From: a bacterium
GTDB taxonomy: Bacteria; Patescibacteriota; Doudnabacteria; UBA920
Direction: 5' to 3'
NCBI GenBank assembly: GCA_021847435.1
Contig: JAJZRC010000002.1
Location: 1 to 56,026, forward strand
DNA: 56,026 nucleotides
The notes under the pieces were generated by a model. That model saw only the letters and a program-made list of their open reading frames with translations. It had not been told where the DNA came from and ran no database searches. Positions 7,466 through 15,119 of this stretch are shown in pieces. Each line of letters starts with the position of its first letter. Positions within the stretch are counted from its first letter, which is position 1. Made by a program: the position numbers and the translations under genes.

Positions 7466-7729
7466 ATGAAATCCGACATTCACCCCCAATTTAACGAAAA
7501 TATCAAAGTAACCTGCGCCTGCGGCAATACTTTTGTCACCGGTTCTGTTGCCAAAGAGCTTTATACCGAAATTTGCAGCAGCTGCCACCCGTTCTATACC
7601 GGCAAGCAGAAGCTGCTGGATACGGCCGGTAACGTGGACAAATTCAAAAAGCGCAGCGCCACCGCCGTCAGCATCAAGGCTGCGGCCAAGGCCAAAAAAC
7701 CCAGGAAAGAACGCACGGCGAAAAAGTAG
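7466..7729 (+). CDS. rpmE: 50S ribosomal protein L31
   Basis: [27 protein letters not shown]...[10 protein letters not shown] matches the L31 pattern. ATG at 7466. The upstream part of the track ORF is a read-through of the MITE. Confidence 0.9.
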   Translation: MKSDIHPQFNENIKVTCACGNTFVTGSVAKELYTEICSSCHPFYTGKQKLLDTAGNVDKFKKRSATAVSIKAAAKAKKPRKERTAKK

Positions 7730-7750
7730 ATTTTTGCCTGTGAACAAAAG

Positions 7751-7780
7751 CCACCCGTTTATTTCAAGGGTGGTTTTGTG
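7751..7780 (+). terminator. intrinsic terminator of rpmE
   Basis: CCACCC-N11-GGGTGG followed by TTTTGTG. Confidence 0.65.
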
Positions 7781-7784
7781 TTAG

Positions 7785-7885
7785 AATGACAGTAATGATA
7801 AAAATTAAAAAAATGACAAAAGCGGCGAAAATTACAGCAATTTAATTTTGCTCATTTTTGTCAACCATGTCATTTTTGTTCATTT
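7785..7885. repeat. TGACA/TGTCA-rich block, homologous to 28711..28800
   Basis: ATGACA x3 then TTTTTGTCA / ATGTCAT / TTGTTCAT. It shares the strings ATTAAAAAAATGACA, TGACAAAAG, TTTTTGTCA and TTGTTCA with the block upstream of recR. Confidence 0.5.
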
Positions 7886-8997
7886 TATTTGTGGAACCCG
7901 CTTTTGAAAAAATTTTGGACGAGTACAATAAAATTACCGAAGAAATGTCTTTGGAGGGCTTTGGCCATGTTTCCCGCGGAGCGGGATCCGGCTTCGCCGG
8001 AGATATTGCCAAATTGGGCAAGCGCCAATCCGAGCTCCAGCCCGTTGCGGACAAAATCAGAAGCTACGGGGCGCGGCTGCGGGAGCTGGAGGAAAACAAA
8101 AAGCTCTTGGATGACGGAGATGCGGAAATCAAGTCCATGGCTTTGGACGAAGCCCGCAGGCTGGAAGCTGAGATCCTTTCTTTGCGCTTGGAAATCGAGG
8201 AAGCCCTGCTCCCCCGCGACGCCAACGATGACAAGAACGTGATTGTGGAAATTCGCGCCGGGGCGGGAGGCGACGAGTCTACCCTGTTTGCTGCCGAAAT
8301 ATTCCGGGCATATGGCAAGTTTGCCGAAGGCCTGGGTTTTAAGCCGCATATTGTTTCTTCTTCCCGCTCCGATGCCGGGGGTTTTAAGGAAGTGATTTTT
8401 GAAATTCACGGAAGGGCTTCCGCCGAAAAACATCCGTATCAAATTTTCAAGTACGAAAGCGGCGTGCACCGCGTCCAGCGCGTTCCGGAAACTGAAAAGA
8501 GCGGCCGCGTGCACACTTCCACCATTACGGTGGCGGTTTTGCCTATTCTGGAAGAAGAGGATTACGCAATTGCGGATAAGGATTTAAAGATTGAGGCTAC
8601 CACGTCATCCGGCCACGGCGGACAGTCGGTGAATACCACCTACTCGGCCGTGCGCATCGTCCATTTGCCAACGGGCATTACGGCCCAGTGCCAGGATGAG
8701 CGCAGTTTTACCCAAAACAAGGAAAAGGCCATGGAAGTCATCCGCGCGCGCGTGGCCTCCCACTTTGAGGAAATAGAAAACAAAAAGGTGCGCGACCTGA
8801 CCAAAAGCCAGATTGGCACCGGCGACAGAAGCGAAAAAATCCGCACCTACAACTTCCCCCAGGATCGCGTGACCGACCACCGCATCAACCAAAACTTCAA
8901 TCAGATCAGCTTGATTATGGAGGGCGAGTTTGGCGGCATCACCGAAGCCTTGCAAAAAGCGGACTTGCTTGCCAAAAAAGAAGCATTAAAGAAATAA
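7867..8997 (+). CDS. prfA: peptide chain release factor 1
   Basis: GGQSVNTT (GGQ) motif, RVQRVPETE (PxT-type codon-recognition loop) and RF1-like layout. The start is uncertain (TTG 7858, ATG 7867 or GTG 7891). Confidence 0.9.
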   Translation: MSFLFILFVEPAFEKILDEYNKITEEMSLEGFGHVSRGAGSGFAGDIAKLGKRQSELQPVADKIRSYGARLRELEENKKLLDDGDAEIKSMALDEARRLEAEILSLRLEIEEALLPRDANDDKNVIVEIRAGAGGDESTLFAAEIFRAYGKFAEGLGFKPHIVSSSRSDAGGFKEVIFEIHGRASAEKHPYQIFKYESGVHRVQRVPETEKSGRVHTSTITVAVLPILEEEDYAIADKDLKIEATTSSGHGGQSVNTTYSAVRIVHLPTGITAQCQDERSFTQNKEKAMEVIRARVASHFEEIENKKVRDLTKSQIGTGDRSEKIRTYNFPQDRVTDHRINQNFNQISLIMEGEFGGITEALQKADLLAKKEALKK

Positions 8998-8999
8998 AT

Positions 9000-9392
9000 A
9001 TGAGCGAACATTTTTGGCCCGACGAATTTAAAAAGGAAAATGAACTGGTAAGCATTTGGTTTCCCATTGTGGCCGCGGAATTCATTTTGCGCAGGAAATT
9101 CGGCGATAATTTGTATGAGGACACCCAGGCCAATCAGTTGTTGGAATCGGAAAAATTCCGCAGAGATGCCGGTATTGAATCAGGCGAGGCGGATAACCTT
9201 GCGACTTCAGGCAATCCCGAGGCGGACAAAGAAGCCCTGCTCAGATTTTTGCTGGACGAAGCAATTAAAATAAAAAACGAGGAGGGATTAAAAGAATTTT
9301 GCGAAAAACACAGTCTTGGCTGGCTTTCCGGCGATGAGCATCGTGCCGTAATGGATAAGGTTATGGAGGTCGTTAGCGATTACGATAGCTAG
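9000..9392 (+). CDS. hypothetical acidic protein (130 aa) wedged between prfA and prmC
   Basis: The ATG lies 2 nt after the prfA stop. No motif recognised. Confidence 0.5.
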   Translation: MSEHFWPDEFKKENELVSIWFPIVAAEFILRRKFGDNLYEDTQANQLLESEKFRRDAGIESGEADNLATSGNPEADKEALLRFLLDEAIKIKNEEGLKEFCEKHSLGWLSGDEHRAVMDKVMEVVSDYDS

Positions 9393-9412
9393 ATGTCAGT
9401 ATTTTGATTTTT

Positions 9413-10285
9413 ATGATAATCAGACAAATTTTAGCCAAATATCAGGATTTGGAAATTGATATTTTACTCTCTGAAGCACTGAAAAAGTCCAGGGAGTTTT
9501 TGTTTATGAATCAGGGATATCGGATATCGGAAAGTCAGAGCGTCAGGCTGCAAAAACTCATCAAACGCCGACAAAAAGGCGAACCGATTGCCTATATGTT
9601 AGGTTATAAGGATTTTTGCGGATTGAGGTTTAAAGTAAATAAACACGTGCTTATCCCCCGCCCCGAAACGGAAACGCTCGTTGAGCTTGCGCTCGACCAA
9701 ATTCAGAATGCAGAATTCAGAATGAGGAATAGGCCCACTAAAATCTTGGATGTAGGTACGGGCAGCGGGGCGGTAATCGTCAGCATAGCGCGTGAATTTA
9801 CAAAGATGACCCTTGCGCAGCGCAAAGGTCATCTTTGTGTAGAATTCTACGCCAGCGATATTTCATCCGAGGCTTTAAAAGTGGCTAAGGCAAACGCAAA
9901 AGCCCACAAAGTAAATATCAAATTTATAAAATCCGACTTGTTTAAAAACATCAAGGGCAAGTTTGACATCATTGTTGCCAATTTGCCATACGGCTGGAAG
10001 GAATGGAAAAATAATACTTCAGCGGCAACTATCGGCCTGAAGTTCGAGCCCAAACAAGCCTTATTTACCGGCAAAAAAGGCCTTTACGAAATTTCCCGCC
10101 TGCTTGAGCAGATTTCCGGCAAAACCAAGCAGCCCTATGCCGTATTTTTAGAGTTTGACCCTCGGCAAAAATCCGCTTTGGAAAAAGAGATAAAAAAAAT
10201 CCTGCCGAACGCGGGCGTAAGATTTTATAAAGATTTCAATAGCTTGTGGCGGATCGCGGAGATTATCCTTCAACCAAGTTCTTAA
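9413..10285 (+). CDS. prmC: release factor glutamine N5-methyltransferase (HemK/PrmC)
   Basis: SAM-binding DVGTGSGAV, catalytic NLPY (NPPY-type) motif, and the conserved position after prfA. Confidence 0.85.
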   Translation: MIIRQILAKYQDLEIDILLSEALKKSREFLFMNQGYRISESQSVRLQKLIKRRQKGEPIAYMLGYKDFCGLRFKVNKHVLIPRPETETLVELALDQIQNAEFRMRNRPTKILDVGTGSGAVIVSIAREFTKMTLAQRKGHLCVEFYASDISSEALKVAKANAKAHKVNIKFIKSDLFKNIKGKFDIIVANLPYGWKEWKNNTSAATIGLKFEPKQALFTGKKGLYEISRLLEQISGKTKQPYAVFLEFDPRQKSALEKEIKKILPNAGVRFYKDFNSLWRIAEIILQPSS

Positions 10286-11138
10286 ATTTTTCCAAATCTG
10301 CGCTGCCGTGCACGCGCAGGCGCGGTATTTCCATCAAATTGTCCAAATTTATTTTTTTCCCTTCGTGCACGGTAATGCCCATAAAGAACCCCGCTGCTTT
10401 GGCCTGCGTTATGTAGTCTGGCGTATAGTGGCCGTACGGATAGATTAGAATGCCGGTTTTTATGCCCAGGCGGGCGTAGATGTCGCTTATGGACCCGTCC
10501 AGATTTTGAAAAATGTATTCGGAACTGAATTTGGGATTTCTTCCGTCAAAATGGTTTTGGGTGTGGGAAACGATTTCCATGCCCTGGTCAAAAGCTTTGG
10601 CTATGGACGGCCATGAAGCGTAAGCGTTATCGCCCTGGGTTTGGCCCGCAAATCGGGTAATTATTGCAAAACTGCCCGTGAAGCCGTATTTTTTTAAAAC
10701 AGGGACAGCGTTTTCAAATACGTCTGCGTAGCCGTCGTCGAAAGTAAAAATAACAGGCTTGTCCGGCAAAACAAAATTGCCGCGGCTAAAATCAAAAAGG
10801 TTTTGCAAGTTGATGCAGCCATACCCGGCTTTTTTCAGCCACGCTGCCTGGGCTTCGAATTCGGATGCGGAAACGGTCATATCCCGGCGGACAGGGTTGG
10901 CCTGTGCCGGGGCCTGTCCAACATGGTGGTACATCAAAATCGGTATTGCCGCAGAACGTTCAGGGTACTGTCCCGCCAGGGGTTTTGATTCTTCCCCGTT
11001 TAAAACTTGCGCATAATTCAGATCCGCAGGTTCCTTGCGCGATTTTTTTTGCCTGAATAAAAAGAACGCGGCTATGGCCAGAATTGCCAGCCCAAAAATT
11101 ACGGCGTATAAAAATATTCTGCTGGTTTTTTTGCCCAT
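10263..11138 (-). CDS. membrane-anchored polysaccharide deacetylase (NodB homology domain)
   Basis: 291 aa. N-terminal TM helix, the FTFDDGY motif and downstream His-containing motifs (SHTQNH). Confidence 0.8.
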   Translation of the reverse strand: MGKKTSRIFLYAVIFGLAILAIAAFFLFRQKKSRKEPADLNYAQVLNGEESKPLAGQYPERSAAIPILMYHHVGQAPAQANPVRRDMTVSASEFEAQAAWLKKAGYGCINLQNLFDFSRGNFVLPDKPVIFTFDDGYADVFENAVPVLKKYGFTGSFAIITRFAGQTQGDNAYASWPSIAKAFDQGMEIVSHTQNHFDGRNPKFSSEYIFQNLDGSISDIYARLGIKTGILIYPYGHYTPDYITQAKAAGFFMGITVHEGKKINLDNLMEIPRLRVHGSADLEKFKNLVEG

Positions 11139-11167
11139 CGCAGTTGACAGCGTCGGAATTAGAGATC

Positions 11168-11206
11168 AAAAACCCCGCCCTGAGCATAGTTGAAGGGCGG
11201 GGTTTT
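11168..11206 (-). terminator. rplY terminator; member of the GCCCTGAG...GAAGGGC hairpin family
   Basis: CCCCGCCC-TGAGCATAGTTGAA-GGGCGGGG, flanked by A and T runs. Confidence 0.65.
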
Positions 11207-11214
11207 AAAATTTA

Positions 11215-11874
11215 TTATTCTTTCTTTTCGGCTTCTGCTTCTGCCGGTTTTTCTTCGGCAGCGCCTTCTACCTTGCTGACGTCCTCCACAACCGGAGTTG
11301 CCAGTTCGGCTTCCACATCGCGCGGCGGCTGGACCTTGACCACCAGTTCGTCCGCAGGAGTGAGCAGTTTGACTTTGGCCGGAATCTGCAGATCTTTGGC
11401 GTGAATGGTATCTTGCAAGGTCTTTAAGACGTCCAGGCTGACTTGGATGTTGTGAGGCAAATCGGCAGGCAAACATTCCACTTCCACTTCGTTTAAGACT
11501 TTCACGAGTACGCCGCCCAAGGCCTTTACAGCCTGGGATTCGCCGACGAATTCCAAAGCCACAGCGGCTTTGAGCTTCTCTGTCATGCTGACTTCGTAAA
11601 AGTCGACGTGGGTGGGAATTGATTTTAAATAATGGCTCTGCACGTCATGAATGAGCACCGGGTGTGTTTTGCCGTCTTCGGCGCGCAGTTCGATGATTGT
11701 GCTTTCCCCGGCTTTTTTTAAAATTTTGTCAAATTCGCGGGCATCCACGGAAAGATGGATGTTTTTGATTTTGTTGCCGTAAAGCACTGCCGGCAACCGG
11801 CCTGTTTTTCTGAGTTTTTCCGGCTTGGTGGCTTCGATGTCCCTCAATGCCGCATTTAACTGAAGTTTTTCCAT
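11215..11874 (-). CDS. rplY: 50S ribosomal protein L25/general stress protein Ctc
   Basis: 219 aa from the ATG at 11874. Has LRKTGRLPAVLYG, two beta-barrel domains and an acidic tail. The longer track ORF is an upstream read-through. Confidence 0.85.
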   Translation of the reverse strand: MEKLQLNAALRDIEATKPEKLRKTGRLPAVLYGNKIKNIHLSVDAREFDKILKKAGESTIIELRAEDGKTHPVLIHDVQSHYLKSIPTHVDFYEVSMTEKLKAAVALEFVGESQAVKALGGVLVKVLNEVEVECLPADLPHNIQVSLDVLKTLQDTIHAKDLQIPAKVKLLTPADELVVKVQPPRDVEAELATPVVEDVSKVEGAAEEKPAEAEAEKKE

Positions 11875-11943
11875 AGTTTTCCTTGTTGATTCCCCCATCT
11901 CCTTTGACAAGCTTAGGATACTCAGGAATCTTAATGTTTGAAC

Positions 11944-11972
11944 ATTATAACAAAAAGGTTTGATTTTGGCAA
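11944..11972 (-). promoter_or_regulatory. sigma70-type promoter for rplY (TTGCCA-17-TATAAT with TGT extension)
   Basis: Spacer counted at 17 nt on the minus strand. Confidence 0.55.
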
Positions 11973-12045
11973 GATGCGTTTGAATATGACTTTGACATTG
12001 TGTGTTATAAATTCTATGCTTCTTGCAAACAAACGGAGGTATAAC

Positions 12046-12654
12046 ATGAGAGTTTGCTGTAAGTGTGGCGAAGAGATTTTTTCCGGGCAGAGCAGCAGAG
12101 GGTCCGGCAAGTACAGTAGGCATTTCAAGCCTGACTGCCAGAATGCCAAAGCCGTGCCCGTTGAAACACCGCCACCCCTGCCGCCCGAAGGCGTTATGTT
12201 GCGCCCCTTGGGCCCAACGGCAAGAATGGTCAGCAGCAGGTTTGCGGTATCGGAAAAAGAGAGGCAATGCCATACCTGCGCCGAAGAAATTCGCGCGGCA
12301 CGCCTTCTCGCAAGGCTGGCCGGGCAGGATGATCCCTATTTGGAATTTGAGGAAATGCGAATGGACCTGATCCTGCCTGGAGATAGGTACGAAAGGCGGG
12401 TTTATAGAGTGCCGGTCGGAGAATCTTGGCAGAAGCAGACCAGGCTAGCAAGCCAGGTCCTTCCATTACCCGCAATGCCCTATTTTCTTCGACGATCCGG
12501 ACCCTGGATGCAGGCGCAAGGGCATCAGAAGCGCGCTGGCGGAGAAACTTGCCGCTTAGCAGCGCACGCAAGCAACACGCAAAAAACCCGCCCTGAGCTA
12601 GTCGAAGGGCGGGTTTTTGCTGAAATTATTTTTTATCCGCAAGAGCGGAAATGA
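12046..12654 (+). CDS. hypothetical Cys-containing protein (202 aa), GC-rich relative to its neighbours
   Basis: Strong SD (ACGGAGGT, 5 nt before the ATG at 12046). Two CxxC pairs (CCKCGEE, CHTCAEE). The 3' end reads through a terminator hairpin and overlaps the convergent gene, so the true stop and extent are uncertain. Confidence 0.45.
   Translation: MRVCCKCGEEIFSGQSSRGSGKYSRHFKPDCQNAKAVPVETPPPLPPEGVMLRPLGPTARMVSSRFAVSEKERQCHTCAEEIRAARLLARLAGQDDPYLEFEEMRMDLILPGDRYERRVYRVPVGESWQKQTRLASQVLPLPAMPYFLRRSGPWMQAQGHQKRAGGETCRLAAHASNTQKTRPELVEGRVFAEIIFYPQERK
12586..12619. terminator. bidirectional hairpin, GCCCTGAG...GAAGGGC family
   Basis: ACCCGCCC-TGAGCTAGTCGAA-GGGCGGGT followed by TTTTT, with an A run upstream. 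Confidence 0.65.
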
Positions 12655-12991
12655 AGTCGCCTTTGAAAGTTTTGAGCCCTTGGTGCAGATTAATAATATC
12701 ATCTGCCGTTATGGGTCCCGAATTTTTGAATTTATTGCTGTCTTTGCCGGTCAGGTCGGTAACCATGCCCACGCTGAAGACATCGGGTCCGCGAATTTCT
12801 ACATTGAACATTACCGAACTTTTGCATTTGGAGCAGTCCGAGTGGATCAGGATCCTGGCATCGTTATTAACGCTGTTCTGCTCGCTCTCAATCACCTGGG
12901 TTTTTCCCAGGTTGTATTTGGTGCCGCAAATGGGGCATTTAAGAATCACGCCCAGCCATTCTACAATTTTTTTGAAATCGCGCTGTTCCAT
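12626..12991 (-). CDS. hypothetical zinc-ribbon protein (121 aa)
   Basis: CPICG ... CSKC pairs. No further family recognised. Confidence 0.55.
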   Translation of the reverse strand: MEQRDFKKIVEWLGVILKCPICGTKYNLGKTQVIESEQNSVNNDARILIHSDCSKCKSSVMFNVEIRGPDVFSVGMVTDLTGKDSNKFKNSGPITADDIINLHQGLKTFKGDFISALADKK

Positions 12992-13014
12992 ATTTATATT
13001 TTATCAGAATTTTA

Positions 13015-14115
13015 TTAAAACCGCAAAGTCTTGGATTGGATGGCGATATTTTGAACTACCCCTAAAATCAGCAAAGAGACCAGCAGCGAACTGCCCCCGG
13101 AACTCAAAAACGGCAGCGGGATGCCAGTAACAGGCAAAAGGCCTATATTCATGCCGATATTAATGATTACGTGGAAAAGGAGAAGAAACAGCGCGCCGCC
13201 GGCAATGTACATGCCTAAATCATCCCGGCTTTTTTTCATTACCAGAAACATTCTGTAGAACAGGAAAAAATATAGGCCGATTAGGCTAAAAGAACCCAAA
13301 AAACCGATTTCCTCGCTGGCGGCGGCAAAGATGAAATCCGTTTGCCGTTCGGGCAAGAATTTGTGCTGGCTTTGTATGCCTTTGCCCAGCCCCCTGCCCG
13401 TCATTTGTCCGCTGCCCACGGCAATGGTGGCCTGTTTGACGTTGTAACCCTTGCCGCGCGGATCGAGTTCGGGGTTTATAAACACCATAATGCGGTCTTT
13501 TTGGAAATCTTTCAGAAAATATTTCCAGGAAACCCCCGCTACCGCCAAAAAGCCTATGAACATTACGGCAAGAATTTTTTTCTTGATGGGTCCGAGCAGG
13601 ATTATGCCCAGCCACAAGCCCAAAATAATAATTGCGGAGCCCAAGTCCGGTTCCAAAATAACGAGGCCTGCGGGGATGAGGGCGTAAGCCATGGACCACA
13701 GCAGGGTTTTTAAAGAATTGATTTGTCCGCGCTTTAGGTACAAAAGCCTGGCAAGTCCTAAAATTATGGTGAATTTTACGAATTCCGCGGGCTGGAAGCG
13801 GAAAAAGCCCAAATCCAGCCAGCGTTTTCCTCCGCGGATAATGGAGCCGAAAACTTCCAGATAAATCAGCAGCAAAACCAGGATTACGTAAATTACCCGG
13901 TTTGCCTTGGCCAGGCTGTGATAGTCGTAAAAACTTAAAAAGAAGAAGCCGGCCAGTCCGGCAGCCAAAAAAACCAGCTGCCGCTGGAACAGCACGCTGC
14001 TGCTTTCCGAAAGCGTGATGCTGTATAAAATAGCAGTGCCGGCCAGGGACAGCAACAGTGTGGCGGCCAGAAGCGGGACGTCAAAATATTTAATGCGGTT
14101 AAAAAGGTTGAACAT
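13015..14115 (-). CDS. SEDS-family peptidoglycan polymerase (FtsW/RodA)
   Basis: 366 aa polytopic protein. Has LQPAEFVK and the C-terminal LPLPFLSSGGSS motif typical of FtsW/RodA. Confidence 0.9.
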   Translation of the reverse strand: MFNLFNRIKYFDVPLLAATLLLSLAGTAILYSITLSESSSVLFQRQLVFLAAGLAGFFFLSFYDYHSLAKANRVIYVILVLLLIYLEVFGSIIRGGKRWLDLGFFRFQPAEFVKFTIILGLARLLYLKRGQINSLKTLLWSMAYALIPAGLVILEPDLGSAIIILGLWLGIILLGPIKKKILAVMFIGFLAVAGVSWKYFLKDFQKDRIMVFINPELDPRGKGYNVKQATIAVGSGQMTGRGLGKGIQSQHKFLPERQTDFIFAAASEEIGFLGSFSLIGLYFFLFYRMFLVMKKSRDDLGMYIAGGALFLLLFHVIINIGMNIGLLPVTGIPLPFLSSGGSSLLVSLLILGVVQNIAIQSKTLRF

Positions 14116-14121
14116 GCAGAG

Positions 14122-15000
14122 TTAGTAACGGGAAGTTTTTGGCCTGCTTAAGTCGGAAGCCGGACCGGAAGGCAGGCTGCCTGTGCTGAGGTTTGCCGGA
14201 TCAAACGGGTCTGTTTCTGCCATTATCTGCACTTTGGTGCCATCGGGGGCCGCCACATTCGGCCAGAGCTGCTTGTAGCTGCGCTTTTCGAATGCTTTTA
14301 CGGTAAATTCGTCGCGGCGGCTGATGCCAATAATGCGTCCCGAAGGATTTTTTAAGATAAAGGTCAGTCTGGCTGTTTTGAGCAGGTACGGGCTTTGGTT
14401 GGTGAAATCGCCTTCCACTGCGTATGCCGGAGGCGAAAGCTGCAGGTACGAATTCGGCGTGGAAACGCCGAATGTAATTTGTGGGATTTGCAGGCGCTTT
14501 TGCCAGCGGATGTCCTTGTCTGTTTCCAGTTCGGCATAAGCGACAGGTTCCGAAGTTTCAAAACGCGGCAGGCTCAGGTATTTTTTTTGGTTCGGCAAAA
14601 TAAAAAATGTTTCCTGGGGCCCGGTGAAAACCTGCTCCTTTTTGCCGTTGTAAAACTTAAACCGGTAATGGATGTCCCGCGCGGACAGGTCCAGGTTTTC
14701 ATTGGAAACCTCAGCGGCCGCCGCGTAAACTTTTTCGCCCAAAGTTGTGACGACGGTTTCCGAAATATTCAGAGGCTTGGGGTTTTCAAAACTGGGTTTT
14801 GCCAAGACCGCCTGTTTGAGATATTTGGCAGTCCAGGTTTTTTGGCTGATCGCCTTAGTTAAAAAATAAAGCGGAATTACGGCCAGCAGGGAGACGGCAA
14901 AGTACCATTTAATGAATGGAGGCAGGCCCTTAAAGGCGCCCTGAGCCTTAAGCTCGGCTTCCTGCGCCGCAATTTCAATTTTTTCTTTGAGTAAAGACAT
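14122..15000 (-). CDS. hypothetical membrane-anchored protein (292 aa)
   Basis: Single TM near the N-terminus. Lies 6 nt upstream of the SEDS gene. No motif recognised. Confidence 0.55.
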   Translation of the reverse strand: MSLLKEKIEIAAQEAELKAQGAFKGLPPFIKWYFAVSLLAVIPLYFLTKAISQKTWTAKYLKQAVLAKPSFENPKPLNISETVVTTLGEKVYAAAAEVSNENLDLSARDIHYRFKFYNGKKEQVFTGPQETFFILPNQKKYLSLPRFETSEPVAYAELETDKDIRWQKRLQIPQITFGVSTPNSYLQLSPPAYAVEGDFTNQSPYLLKTARLTFILKNPSGRIIGISRRDEFTVKAFEKRSYKQLWPNVAAPDGTKVQIMAETDPFDPANLSTGSLPSGPASDLSRPKTSRY

Positions 15001-15119
15001 GCCGTTTTCAATTTATTTTTATCTTGCTCCATTATAGCAAAATCAACGGCTTTTTGGTATGATGCAAAAAGCTAAAAGCCGATTTGAAGAGTTTAATTTT
15101 GGCTTTTTCCGACAACTTT

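Noticed and set aside
11880-12600. Possible RNase P RNA, tmRNA or SRP RNA in the GC-rich, multi-frame-open region.
   Set aside because: I looked on both strands for GGAAAGTCC/ACAGAA..CGGCTTA (RNase P), a tRNA-like GGTTCGA..CCACCA 3' end (tmRNA) and GGAAGGAAGCAGC (SRP). Only weak partial resemblances appeared (CCAAATAGGG, GAAACACCGCC). A strong SD + ATG favours a CDS. cmscan would settle it.
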